Positions 1-9,574 of a stretch of DNA of 64,000 bases are shown here, one piece after another (the stretch's first letter is position 1; the number at the start of each line of letters is the position of its first letter). The position numbers were made by a program, and so were the translations under genes. The DNA lies in IMG/VR virus record IMGVR_UViG_3300048818_000143, positions 1 to 64,000 of that record; one strand, 5' to 3'. Source of the DNA: a virus. The notes beneath the pieces are model-generated. The model saw only the letters and a list, made by a program, of their open reading frames with translations, made no database searches and was not told where the DNA came from.

Positions 1-36
1 GGGGGGGGTGTGATCCGCATCCCGCTCGTCGAGTCG

Positions 37-324
37 TTACGGACGGCCAGCGACAGCCGCCTGAGCAGCCGCGACAGTTGGAGTCGGAGTATTCGCCACC
101 ATCGCCGCGGTGACCGCCGCTGTGCGCGCCTGCATCTTGGTGCTGGTATCGGCGAAAATCGCTACCTGCGCGGGCGTGAGAGGCCCTGCCGCTGCGACTT
201 GCGCCTGCAACGCCGCGATGATCGCGGGCTGTGCGTTGATGAAAACCACGGCGCCGTCAATCACGGTGTCTTCGGCGTCTACGTCCTTTACTTGCTGTGC
301 GAGAAGATCGTCGATCTGAGCCAT
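37..324 (-). CDS. hypothetical small protein (95 aa)
   Basis: Last ORF of the long minus-strand operon. Ala/Val/Thr-rich with no recognisable motif. The competing + strand ORFs (10-354, 110-319) are Arg/Cys-rich antisense-type noise. Confidence 0.45.
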   Translation of the reverse strand: MAQIDDLLAQQVKDVDAEDTVIDGAVVFINAQPAIIAALQAQVAAAGPLTPAQVAIFADTSTKMQARTAAVTAAMVANTPTPTVAAAQAAVAGRP

Positions 325-341
325 TTCGTTTCTCCTAGGAT

Positions 342-566
342 TTACGAAAGTTGAGTGGCCGCTGGCGGCGTCTGCGCAGTATCCACCGCCGTTTTCAAAG
401 TCTCAATGAGTGCCTTGTGCTTGGCGTTCGCCTCGACAAACTTCGCGACTATTGCGGGATCGGCTGATTCGCCGAGCAGATCAATTTTGTGGTCGATGTG
501 AGCGAGCCAACTATCGATGCGGTCGAGACGCTTTTCGAGGCCGTCAATAGTTAGCTTGATTTCCAT
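342..566 (-). CDS. hypothetical coiled-coil-like small protein (74 aa)
   Basis: ORF in the same orientation and tightly spaced with its neighbours. The charged, heptad-like sequence (IDGLEKRLDRIDSWLAHIDHKIDLL) looks helical. Confidence 0.5.
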   Translation of the reverse strand: MEIKLTIDGLEKRLDRIDSWLAHIDHKIDLLGESADPAIVAKFVEANAKHKALIETLKTAVDTAQTPPAATQLS

Positions 567-616
567 GCGCCCATCCTACGCCCTCGCGCGCTGATTGGTA
601 AAGCGCGGCACCAAAT

Positions 617-1207
617 TTAATGTCCCCTGAGCAGCGTGAATACTGATACGAGCATACTGAGCAACGCTACCCCTACCGCGACAGACATTTGCGCCACCCA
701 GTTGCTTTGCATCTTGCCTGCCGATCGTGCCACTTCGGACCCGGAAGTCTCCGCGATCGCCGTATCTACTCGGTGCGTAAGCTCCGCGAATCGTTTTTCG
801 AGGCCGCTTGGCCCCTCGATTTTATCGATCACGCTCCCAAGTTGCTGACTAAGTTCCACGCGGGTAGCCATTAACTGGCCCTGCCTGCCCATCGCTTCCT
901 TGATTTCGTTGCCCGCCTCGAAGCGCTTGTCGGCCGCAGTCTCGGCTTTCACCACCGCACGATCAGCAGCAGCGAGCGCCGCCGCGACCGCCTTCTCAGC
1001 CGCGCTTAATGCAGTCTGCATAGCTGTCTGTTGAGCGAGAAAGGCAGCGTTTACCGCCTCCGTCTGAGCCTGAAAGCGTTGCTGGTAGCGCAGGTCGGCG
1101 TCGGTGAGCTTCTCGCGGATATGACGTTCCGATACATCAAGCATCTCGTCAAAATGCGCCTTGAGCATCGCGGGCGTCCAGCCCTTGTCGTACATCTCAT
1201 CCGCCAT
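617..1207 (-). CDS. tail-anchored coiled-coil membrane protein (196 aa)
   Basis: Long Ala/Gln/Glu-rich helical region followed by one C-terminal hydrophobic helix (WVAQMSVAVGVALLSMLVSVFTLL). Function unknown. Confidence 0.6.
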   Translation of the reverse strand: MADEMYDKGWTPAMLKAHFDEMLDVSERHIREKLTDADLRYQQRFQAQTEAVNAAFLAQQTAMQTALSAAEKAVAAALAAADRAVVKAETAADKRFEAGNEIKEAMGRQGQLMATRVELSQQLGSVIDKIEGPSGLEKRFAELTHRVDTAIAETSGSEVARSAGKMQSNWVAQMSVAVGVALLSMLVSVFTLLRGH

Positions 1208-1243
1208 ATCTAAATCCCTTGGCCGCTGTGAGGTGAACGTGGA

Positions 1244-1780
1244 TCATGGAAGGACGGTCGGCGTCTCCGTAACTGCTTGCAGCAGATTTCCCGAAACATC
1301 ATAAGCTGAGAAAACCATCGTATGCTGACCTACGGGGGCGAGCGTCCAGAAGAAATAGCCAGTGACAGGATTCACCAGCGGCAATCCGTTGCACATATAG
1401 ACGGCGGTTGGAGCGCCCGATGCGGGAACGCATGGACGGCCGAACCCAGACAGAGGGTTCGCGATAGGATTGCCATTGTCGGTTACTCTCACAGACGCTA
1501 CCAGGTCGAGCCGCAGTATCGTCCATTGGATATAGACCTCAGAGCCACCTGATACAAACTGCTGGTTGGGTATCCATATGTTGCCGAAGACGCTCATTCC
1601 TGACGGAGTAGACGTTGCGGTCGGGATAGCGGGTGTAGCCGTCGGGGCGACTATCGGTGTGCCCGTCGCGGTCGGGGTGGCTCCAGCGGGCTCGCACATG
1701 GCACTCTGCCCAGGTTGGAGCACGACCTGCGCGTGAGCCGTGCTCGCGAGAAGTAGAAATATTGCTATTAGCGTTTTCAT
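1244..1780 (-). CDS. secreted protein with Pro-Thr linker (178 aa)
   Basis: Start chosen at MKTLIAIFLLLASTAHA/QV (Sec-like signal with an AHA site), preceded by GAGG 6 nt upstream. A PT-rich stretch (ATPTATGTPIVAPTATPAIPTATSTP) precedes a Cys-containing beta-rich domain. Confidence 0.6.
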   Translation of the reverse strand: MKTLIAIFLLLASTAHAQVVLQPGQSAMCEPAGATPTATGTPIVAPTATPAIPTATSTPSGMSVFGNIWIPNQQFVSGGSEVYIQWTILRLDLVASVRVTDNGNPIANPLSGFGRPCVPASGAPTAVYMCNGLPLVNPVTGYFFWTLAPVGQHTMVFSAYDVSGNLLQAVTETPTVLP

Positions 1781-1788
1781 GTTAAACC

Positions 1789-3696
1789 TCATGGCCATGG
1801 CCAATGTGACAGGGGCGTTGGCGTGCTGGTCGGGGTCGGGACCACCGGCGTCGGAGTAGGAGTCGGCGTCGGTGTAATTGTTGGCGTTGGAATCGCTGAC
1901 GTAGAAGTTGGGGTTGCCGTCGGTGTTGGTGTCGATGTCGGAGTCGGAGTTGCGGTTGATGTCGGCGTAGGCGTCGCGGTCGGGGTCGGTGTTACGGATG
2001 GCGTCGAATCATTCAGCGGCGCTATTTCCCAAGGATTTATCACTTTCGCCGTGCCGCCTGTTACGGATTGAATCTGCGCCCCCGTGGCATCGTACACCCT
2101 CAATTCGCTGGCGGCCTGCATCGTTACGTAAATATGTCCCTGCCAATCTACCACCACGCCTTCGGGGTCGGTCGTGGATCCCGTATTGATGGTTAGGTCA
2201 GGCGCGACGTTGCAGGTCCCGTGGGTACAGTCGCCATTGTTATATTTCAACACTTTTTGGGTGTTACCGTTGGCGACGTAAATGTTGCCGCTATTGTCCA
2301 ATGCCACTTGAGTCGGTTGCGTAAGCACCGAACCGCCATCGTTGATAATCCAGTTGATGACGCCGGCCATCGTCATCGACAATATCTTCGGCACCGTATA
2401 TCCCGTGACATAAAGGACATTGTTTTTATCAACGGCGATTCCCCCGCATGTCATTCCAATGCTGAAACTGGCATTGGGCACGATATTACCGCCCGCTACT
2501 AGTTGAGCGGCGGTGAACTCCAAAACCTCTTTGCCTGTCGTCACGTCCTGATTGCACGCCCAGAGATTTCCCGCCTGATCAAACGTCAGCCCGATTACTA
2601 CCGAAAGCAGCGTGTTGCCACCTGCAATGGTTACGAGCGGCGATACCGAACCGGAAGCATTGGAGGCATACTTGTATATTGAATCGTTAAGGTACGAGCC
2701 AATCCAGATATTTCCTGATGCGTCGAGCGCGACGCCACCAGCATCGCCGTACGCGGTATCGACAAAACCTTGCGATGGAGCCACATTGCCGGTGGCAGAA
2801 TAAGGCCACATGGACGCCGTGTTGCTCGCTGTGCGATGAATGCCGACCCAGATATTAGTGGCGTTTCCGAACCCTGCGGTTGGCACTGAGAAGGGTGTTG
2901 CCGTTGGCGTCGGGGTTGCGGTCGCCGTAGCAGTAGGAGTTGGCGTGGGAGTAGGCGTTGCGGTTGGAGTGGGCGTTGGGAGCGGTGGTGCGATCGCGAC
3001 TTGCACGCTGGAATATTGAATCGCGCCGCCCGTGAACATAGTCTGACTGCCTGTCGCTGAGCCTGAACTCAGCAGGAAATCCGTAATTGTTCCCGACGAA
3101 TTAGTATTCGGTCCTTGCACAGCAATCGTGCCTTCTGAGGGTGTTGAGAACGTCGCCGACGCCTGATCTGCCACATATATCATTAACAGCATATCGGCTG
3201 CTGTCGTAGGCACGATGCTGTTGCTGGTCTGTGTACTCGAATTCCCTGTGTGCTGGGTACTGAACACGAGAGTCGGCGTCAGGTCTTCGTTCTTATAGGC
3301 GCTAGTCTGATAGGAACCTGTCGGAGACCCTGTCCCAAAAGTAAACGAATGCGAACCGGCACAGTCACTAGACGCACATACATGCCAGAAAACCTCATGC
3401 CGACGGGTCGCACCGGCATACGTTTGATTGAATCCGGCGGTCCATCCGCTCGGCGGCGTGATCGTTCCCGTATTCGAGATGTTCATGTTCACAAAGACGA
3501 TGTCATTGTCGGTGACGCCGCTTCCGAGAGTTACGCTCACTGAGGTAGCGCCACTAATCTCGGCACTGGACGTGCCATTCGTCTCACGGGCAACGGACGC
3601 CCACGCGGGCGAGGCCAGCAGGAACAGCGCGAAGCTAGAAAGGATTACAAGTTTCAAGCCGCCACACCGTTCCGTCGAGTTGGAAGTTAGCGTCAA
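1789..3696 (-). CDS. secreted NHL-repeat (beta-propeller) protein with two Pro-Thr linkers
   Basis: 635-aa ORF with a signal-like N-terminus ..LVILSSFALFLLASPAWA/SV. Repeated NHL/YWTD-type signatures: DASGNIWIG, DQAGNLWAC, DKNNVLYVTG, DNSGNIYVAN, DWQGHIYVT. PT linkers are encoded at nt 2893-2988 and 1792-2010. The N-domain is paralogous to that of 3635-8263. Start is uncertain (ATG 3696 or TTG 3657). Confidence 0.7.
   Translation of the reverse strand: MTLTSNSTERCGGLKLVILSSFALFLLASPAWASVARETNGTSSAEISGATSVSVTLGSGVTDNDIVFVNMNISNTGTITPPSGWTAGFNQTYAGATRRHEVFWHVCASSDCAGSHSFTFGTGSPTGSYQTSAYKNEDLTPTLVFSTQHTGNSSTQTSNSIVPTTAADMLLMIYVADQASATFSTPSEGTIAVQGPNTNSSGTITDFLLSSGSATGSQTMFTGGAIQYSSVQVAIAPPLPTPTPTATPTPTPTPTATATATPTPTATPFSVPTAGFGNATNIWVGIHRTASNTASMWPYSATGNVAPSQGFVDTAYGDAGGVALDASGNIWIGSYLNDSIYKYASNASGSVSPLVTIAGGNTLLSVVIGLTFDQAGNLWACNQDVTTGKEVLEFTAAQLVAGGNIVPNASFSIGMTCGGIAVDKNNVLYVTGYTVPKILSMTMAGVINWIINDGGSVLTQPTQVALDNSGNIYVANGNTQKVLKYNNGDCTHGTCNVAPDLTINTGSTTDPEGVVVDWQGHIYVTMQAASELRVYDATGAQIQSVTGGTAKVINPWEIAPLNDSTPSVTPTPTATPTPTSTATPTPTSTPTPTATPTSTSAIPTPTITPTPTPTPTPVVPTPTSTPTPLSHWPWP
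1792..2010 (-). repeat. coding low-complexity Pro-Thr repeat (C-terminal ~73 aa of the NHL protein)
   Basis: The translation is almost pure (P-T)n with S/A/I/V interruptions. Similar PT linkers are encoded at 2893-2988 and 7496-7579. Confidence 0.8.
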
Positions 3697-6600
3697 GATC
3701 CGATGGTGGACTCTGCGTTACCCCCAGCGTGCAGTTAGTTCCCACCCCAACCACTGTGCAGGAACCGTTCTGTGTCGAGAACGGCCCTATCGTACCTGAC
3801 GGCAGCGTGATCGTCCCGCCGCTCGAAGTCTGATGAATGTGCCACGTCATGATTTCGCCGCTTGCGCAGGCGCACGGCAGGGTCATCAGCGTCGGACTCG
3901 CGGTATTGGCGAAGGTCTGAACATCAACCCAAGGAGCGGTAGCCGAATTACAGACTCCGACCGGTGTAGTTCCCGTAAGCGCATGGGTCGCAGGCAAAGA
4001 AGTCCATGCCGCCACTGGCGGAGCGTTCGCGGTGCTGGTAGCGACTGGAACTTGCCCTATGACCGGCGCGACAGCCGGAGCAATAAATGCGTAGGCTCCG
4101 GTCTCAATCTGCAACGTGGTAGCCGCGAGGTTCCCGTTGTAATCGATGTTGAATTTCGTGTTGGTATGCGTGGAGTCCTGAAGCCTGATGAACTGGCCGG
4201 TCGGGGTCGCGAGGGCATACCCATCGAACATATCGATCCCCGCACCGCTCTGGGTGTTCGCCGAGCCGTTGAGCAGGTAGTTGCCAAGCGCGGTTGAACC
4301 TCCCTGTTCAACCCACACCGACCCATTGCAATAGATAGGACAATGCGTCGAGCCGCCGGTCGTACAGGTTGCGCCGTTCGCGCACGTTGCGTTGCAATCG
4401 GTAGCCACACCCTCCTGCGATTCATTCGTGGAGTTGCAGGCAGGGGCGCTGCCGATGACACCTTGGTAGAGAACCGCCATAGGCCCTGAAAAGGACGGAG
4501 GTCTGATGACGGTCGCACCCGCTATCGCCAGCGGCTCTATCCAAAAGGAGCCCGAGGTGACACCGTTGCCGAAAAAGCCTTTATTCGACGCCACACCGCC
4601 GTCGCAATCCACATTAAATGGTGTCGCAAACGAGGGGGTGTAGAGCCGCAGGAACGAGCCTGGGCTGCCGAGGCATTGCCCCGTAACCATCACGTTACCC
4701 GAGGCGAACTGCTCAAGGTCAAGATTCTCGCCATTCACGAACTGGCCCGGTTCGATACCCGCCGGTCCAATCGCAAGGGGAGTTATTTGAGAGCCGTTGT
4801 AAGTGATTTTATTCCCGTTTGTAACCGGCGCATTATTGAAGATGTTGCTTAGGTTGGTGGCGTCTATGTCGCTGTAGAAGATACCCGGCTCGATCACGGT
4901 GTTATTGTATGCCTGATCGTGATTGATCGTGATGCGAGCGCCGCCAAAGCCCGCCGACGCCAACCCACCGCCAATCAAGTGAAAATCGGTATGCGAGCCA
5001 TTGTTGAATAGTATCGAATCGTTATCGAGGTTCAGCCCTACGGTCGCATCGTAGTTGCGCACCACCACCGCATCACCGACAAAGGCGACCGGCGTTCCGT
5101 TACTCACGGCTTCCAAGTAGCTGTTATTTATCGACTCCGACTGCGCACCGCTTATCGCAACCATCATCGCGGTCGGGTCTGTGGCATTAACCATTTCAAC
5201 GTCTAGGCCCTTGATTTGGCCGTTGATCATGCCGTTGAATGCGTCCACACCGATATGTCCGACGCCCGCACAAGTCAGGGTGTCAAAAGTCAGATCGTTG
5301 TCGTACCCACCCGTCCCGTTAGTCGGAGCGTCGAAGTAGAAACAGGTGTGCGTACCCTGAATCGACATCTTACGATGTGTAGCGTTCTGCTCGAATACCG
5401 AGACACCGATGCCGCAGTTGCCCGCGCCTACGTGGTCAGTGTTGAGTCCCGATTGATAAGCCCACCCACCCGAAACACCAGGCGTCGAGTCACCGATCGC
5501 GAGGCATTCCGTAGTCGGCGTTATCGTTCCGCCAGTGCCGGTGCCCATGTCGGAGAACGGACCCATCGGGAAGGTCAGATGCGTCGAGTCAACAACCTTC
5601 GCGAGCACAGTGCGGTTGTAGTTGCCATCTTTGATGGTGCCGAAGCCCGAACCCGCTCCAAGGCCAGTGTTCTGACTGATCCATGTGATATGCGTTGAGT
5701 CCTCGGTGTTGACTATCCAGCCGTTGCCCGCAGGACTGTTGTAGCCACTAGGGGTATTGCCCGCCGAGATGATCTGGTCGCCAGCGAGCAGGCCGTGAGG
5801 AGCAGAGCAAGTTGCGGTGACGATATTGGGCTGCGTGACTGCCGCGGTGGCGAGCACCTGCCCTGTGCCGCCAGTGCATCCGGTGAAGCAGTTGCCCGAG
5901 CCCCCCGTGCAGGCCGCCCCGCTGGTGACGCCAGTGCAATAAATTGGATCGGTCCCGAACGACGCCAAGGTGGCGATGTAGATCGGCATGCTGCTACCGG
6001 TGAGAAAACCAGTCGTAGACGCCACGTTCACGATGGCGCTCGGGAGGCTGGTCGTGAGCGATAGCGTCGTGGATCCCGCCGATTCACTGAGCGCGGTCGG
6101 GGTGCAGGCGTTCGCACCCGCATTTCCATTCACCGTCGTACCGACACCGGCAATGACGATAGGGAGAGCGCCACTCGATACGGGCAGAGGGCTCGCTACC
6201 GTGGCCGTCGTGGTGCGGTCGCCTCCCGTAGAGGCTTGAATCAGCGAGGTGACGTTCACTGACGAGGCGTCGGTTCCGCTGCCGAGGAAGTAGCAGCCCT
6301 CTATGTCGCCGCCTTCCTGGCACGACCCCGGCGTAGCTCCATTCGGTGAGCACCCAAAGCGATTATTGATGCCGTAGGTATTGGTCGAGTAGATGACCGT
6401 CCCTTCGACATCAGATTGGAAGAGCGACGTATTCGCGGGAATGACTCCCGTCCCACCGTTGCAATTATTTAGCTGGCCCGCAGTAGGAGCACCGCCGCAA
6501 AAGATTTTCTGACCTGTACCCGCGAACACGATAGGGATACTCGCGTTGGCTTTGAATCCGGTGCTCAAGATCACCGTCACCGAAAAGTTGGTGCCGCCGA

Positions 6601-8263
6601 GAGTATTCGACCCCGTGGTGGTCGTAACCGCTGGCGCAAAGGGTGTCGTGGTCTCTCCGAAATGAGCGCCCCAATTAGGGCTGACCCAAGAGCCACACTG
6701 GAGTTTACCGTTAGTCGGCCAGTTGGTGTTGGGCACGACATAACAACCGCCCGGCGGTGTCGGAACATCCACCTCCTGTCCCGGAAGTCTCATCGCTGCC
6801 GCTAAATCGAAAGCAGGTTGATCGTTCGTAACGCAATCGCCCTTCGCGCCGAGAGTTACAACATTGATGGCGTTGTTCGAAGGAAGGGACGGCACCCACT
6901 GTGTTCCGTTGAATACCCATGTATCACCAGTGACCGGTGGCGTCGCCGATATCGGGGTTCCTTGAAATCCGACTACGGTACAAAGCCCGGGAACAGCAGT
7001 TGAGCACGAGATATCTCCCGTCAGCGTATAGAACGCGGGATCGAGCGGCCCTTGAATCAGGATCTGTCCCGTAGTTCCCGGATTCACGCCCGGTATCGCT
7101 GTGCCGTTGAAATTGATCGTACTGATGCCGATCCCGCCTAGCGGTGGATTTGTGATGGAGATGCCGCTTGATCCTGGACCTGTTGCCGCAACTCCCGTCA
7201 CCAGCGAGGCCGGCCCATTGTTTGCCGCCACGAGCTGCGAGAGATTCGCGCTAGTCGCATTCGGTATCTGGATGCGCACAGGTTGCCCGCTGCCCACCGT
7301 CAGGAAAACTACGAGTCCTTCCGGTACGTTTGTGGGGTTGGGCAGATTGCCGAAAGCGTCAGTGTTGACGGAGAACTTTCCCGCGGGAGTCAGCGAGCCG
7401 CCTTGATTCTGCAGCGAGTAAGTATCGAATACGACACGCTGGCTAATAGCCGGGCTGCCGTTTATTTTGAGCACGTTGCCGCCGACGTTGCAGACCGGAT
7501 TCGGGACTGGCGTCGGCGTTGCTGTCACCGTAGGAGTAGAGGTCGTTGTCGGGGTCGGAGTGACAGTCGGCGTCGGGCCGGTCGCCAAGAGCTCGATCTG
7601 CTCCGCGGCCCAATTCACGTTGCCCGAGGTGCCTGCATTGATATTGTTGGTATAAGTCCCCGAAAAGGGAATCGGCACGTATTCCTGCGCGACACCCGCA
7701 TTCGGCGTCGCCTGAGTATTCGTCACGTTGAACGCGGTCGTGAAAGTCATTGTGAGCGCCTGGTTGGTCCCCGCGCTCCATCCGAAATCCACCAGCAGCA
7801 TCGAGTTCGCGCCGGTTGTCGTGATTGGCGGCGCCGTCAAAGTATTACCCGCCGTTCCAAAATCGTTGGTCCCCGCGACTGCGCCCACTCCTACCGCGCC
7901 GGCGTATGTCGTGACGCCGCAAGCCTCGCCCGCATGACCTCCCGTAAAGGTGTAACTCGCAGGCTCGCTGCTCGCGACTCGATAGCAGAGTATCGATTGC
8001 ACGTTGGCGCTGGTTGATTGATCCTGGCGGACGAAGCTCCATCCCGTGGGACAATTCTGTGTCGGCGAACTGATGCTTTGGTCGACGTAGTGCCAGACCA
8101 TCAGGTTGCCGTTGGTGGTTCCAGTCGGCACGTTGCACGAGATCGGGGATGACGCCGCTGTGTTGTGCGCCGCGGCTACAAACGTGATCGCGGCATCGGC
8201 GCGCGCCGCGAAAAGTAGCAAGAGCGCGGCTATTAGGCTTGAGATTCTTCTTTTGTTTCGCAT
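3635..8263 (-). CDS. giant secreted beta-helix protein, tailspike/depolymerase-like (pectate-lyase superfamily motif)
   Basis: Uninterrupted 4.6-kb ORF; start taken at MRNKRRISSLIAALLLLFAARADA/AITF (Sec-like signal). PT linker at nt 7496-7579. The motif INVVTLGAKGDCVTNDQPAFDLA (nt ~6800-6868) matches the characteristic N-terminus of Pectate_lyase_3-type right-handed beta-helix domains of phage tailspikes. Gly/Thr/Asn-rich throughout. Confidence 0.75.
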   Translation of the reverse strand: MRNKRRISSLIAALLLLFAARADAAITFVAAAHNTAASSPISCNVPTGTTNGNLMVWHYVDQSISSPTQNCPTGWSFVRQDQSTSANVQSILCYRVASSEPASYTFTGGHAGEACGVTTYAGAVGVGAVAGTNDFGTAGNTLTAPPITTTGANSMLLVDFGWSAGTNQALTMTFTTAFNVTNTQATPNAGVAQEYVPIPFSGTYTNNINAGTSGNVNWAAEQIELLATGPTPTVTPTPTTTSTPTVTATPTPVPNPVCNVGGNVLKINGSPAISQRVVFDTYSLQNQGGSLTPAGKFSVNTDAFGNLPNPTNVPEGLVVFLTVGSGQPVRIQIPNATSANLSQLVAANNGPASLVTGVAATGPGSSGISITNPPLGGIGISTINFNGTAIPGVNPGTTGQILIQGPLDPAFYTLTGDISCSTAVPGLCTVVGFQGTPISATPPVTGDTWVFNGTQWVPSLPSNNAINVVTLGAKGDCVTNDQPAFDLAAAMRLPGQEVDVPTPPGGCYVVPNTNWPTNGKLQCGSWVSPNWGAHFGETTTPFAPAVTTTTGSNTLGGTNFSVTVILSTGFKANASIPIVFAGTGQKIFCGGAPTAGQLNNCNGGTGVIPANTSLFQSDVEGTVIYSTNTYGINNRFGCSPNGATPGSCQEGGDIEGCYFLGSGTDASSVNVTSLIQASTGGDRTTTATVASPLPVSSGALPIVIAGVGTTVNGNAGANACTPTALSESAGSTTLSLTTSLPSAIVNVASTTGFLTGSSMPIYIATLASFGTDPIYCTGVTSGAACTGGSGNCFTGCTGGTGQVLATAAVTQPNIVTATCSAPHGLLAGDQIISAGNTPSGYNSPAGNGWIVNTEDSTHITWISQNTGLGAGSGFGTIKDGNYNRTVLAKVVDSTHLTFPMGPFSDMGTGTGGTITPTTECLAIGDSTPGVSGGWAYQSGLNTDHVGAGNCGIGVSVFEQNATHRKMSIQGTHTCFYFDAPTNGTGGYDNDLTFDTLTCAGVGHIGVDAFNGMINGQIKGLDVEMVNATDPTAMMVAISGAQSESINNSYLEAVSNGTPVAFVGDAVVVRNYDATVGLNLDNDSILFNNGSHTDFHLIGGGLASAGFGGARITINHDQAYNNTVIEPGIFYSDIDATNLSNIFNNAPVTNGNKITYNGSQITPLAIGPAGIEPGQFVNGENLDLEQFASGNVMVTGQCLGSPGSFLRLYTPSFATPFNVDCDGGVASNKGFFGNGVTSGSFWIEPLAIAGATVIRPPSFSGPMAVLYQGVIGSAPACNSTNESQEGVATDCNATCANGATCTTGGSTHCPIYCNGSVWVEQGGSTALGNYLLNGSANTQSGAGIDMFDGYALATPTGQFIRLQDSTHTNTKFNIDYNGNLAATTLQIETGAYAFIAPAVAPVIGQVPVATSTANAPPVAAWTSLPATHALTGTTPVGVCNSATAPWVDVQTFANTASPTLMTLPCACASGEIMTWHIHQTSSGGTITLPSGTIGPFSTQNGSCTVVGVGTNCTLGVTQSPPSDLDANFQLDGTVWRLETCNPF

Positions 8264-8940
8264 GCCACCATCCGCCGCACATTCTCGCATAAGCCGTTTA
8301 TCAGCGCTAACTCGTCAGGAACATCGAATATCCGGTGGTCAACTACCAGGTGACTCTTCTTGGAGCCTATAGCCAGTGCCATCGGCGAATATCCTGCGCA
8401 CCCACCTAGACACATCTGCGGCCATTCCTTCAGGTGGGAGACGTTCGAAAGCAGTACTTGAGGCGGCGGCACGTCGGGGTTAATCGCCCGGGTCAGAAGT
8501 CCGTACGCGATCTCCGGAGGCAGCTTGAGAATCTGGCGCATCGTCGCGAAGCGTCCCATGAGTCTCAGTGTCGATTCTCCATAGTCGAGGGTAGCTATCA
8601 GCGTCTGCGCGTCGTCTTTGTCCCGGGCGGTAACGGCGATCGTCGTGCCTATCGATTCGGTGAGGACTCCGTGAATTAAGCAGCGATGGAGTTGTGGATT
8701 TTCATGGATCGTTTCGAGCAGCGCTTTTGCGTAGAGCGCTGTCATCTTGAAAGTATGTAACGGACTGAGGTGCCATCCCGGCTCGAAATAACCAGCGGGC
8801 GTGTCGAAGTAAGTTCCAATCGCCAGCGGCTGCGGGTTCTGCTCGATGAAAAGCCGCCGCATAGGATCCGGCTCCATCGCCGTCCAGCCCTCAGAAACGC
8901 AGGCCGGGATATGAATGGCAATCTCAGATTTGGACGGCAT
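8233..8940 (-). CDS. CAT / 2-oxoacid-dehydrogenase-E2-like acyltransferase (putative, 235 aa)
   Basis: Start at MPSKSEIAIHIPAC. Its size, and the near-C-terminal motif LVVDHRIFDVPDE followed by a helix (LALINGLCENV), resemble the DHRxxDG / HHxxxDG catalytic region of the CoA-dependent acyltransferase fold. Upstream elements (TALYAKALLETIHENPQL, VLLSNVSHL) line up with the E2 pattern. Confidence 0.45.
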   Translation of the reverse strand: MPSKSEIAIHIPACVSEGWTAMEPDPMRRLFIEQNPQPLAIGTYFDTPAGYFEPGWHLSPLHTFKMTALYAKALLETIHENPQLHRCLIHGVLTESIGTTIAVTARDKDDAQTLIATLDYGESTLRLMGRFATMRQILKLPPEIAYGLLTRAINPDVPPPQVLLSNVSHLKEWPQMCLGGCAGYSPMALAIGSKKSHLVVDHRIFDVPDELALINGLCENVRRMVACETKEESQA

Positions 8941-9574
8941 TTTTCGCCAGCTTTTCCACATAGCGATTCTGGGCGGCACTTAGGCACGTTCGACAGGTCT
9001 CAAAGGGCTTCCGCCATTTCTGCTTCATCAATTTGATATTATCTGGCGTCCGCGCATGCCCGCACCGAAAGGTTATACCATCTCGTCTTCGGCACGGTCT
9101 GCCCAACCGGGCCGTCATGCACGGCTTGCATCGTCGAACAAACGCCTCGGGATTTTTCCTACCTTTCCGGAATACTTTGTACGTAATCGTATTTTCGGCG
9201 GTCATTAGGTGCCCTCGCTTACACCGAACGCGATTCGCCCCGAGTAACTGGGTGCGCTGCTTCCAAATAGTTAGCCCCTTTCGAATTTGAGCTTTGCGCC
9301 TCAAACTCATCAAAACGTATGCGGTCATCATTACTCCAGCCGCTCGATGTCCCGATACGGTCCAACAGAATTGGTCTTGGTGCCGTGGATTCCTAGAACG
9401 CTTAAATCCTATAGATCCGCCAAACAATCGTTGAAGCCTTTCTAGAGGTTCGCGCTGGACTTGAACCGCACTGCAACGCAGATTCTTGGCCCAGTCCCCA
9501 AAGGTTCCTTCACCTTCAAGAAATCCTGCCGCCCAAAACAATTCCTTCAGGTCAAAGGCGCAGGCCGGGATATG
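8914..9574 (-). mobile_element. putative homing-endonuclease gene insertion bounded by a 16-nt direct repeat
   Basis: The identical 16-mer cgcaggccgggatatg occurs at 8898-8913 and 9559-9574 (+ strand). Both copies encode HIPAC at codons 9-13 of the two consecutive genes. The interval carries only the LAGLIDADG ORF. Confidence 0.4.

Noticed and set aside
1-9. Run of eight G at the very start of the window.
   Set aside because: It sits at the sequence edge with no partner repeat at the other end. It is most simply a contig-end or sequencing artefact (poly-G), not a terminal repeat or cos site.
1823-2071. Periodic nucleotide repeats (also at 2893-2988 and 7496-7579) that might be mistaken for a CRISPR-like or VNTR array.
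   Set aside because: They are in frame within long ORFs and encode Pro-Thr linkers. There is no repeat-spacer organisation, so they are coding low complexity.
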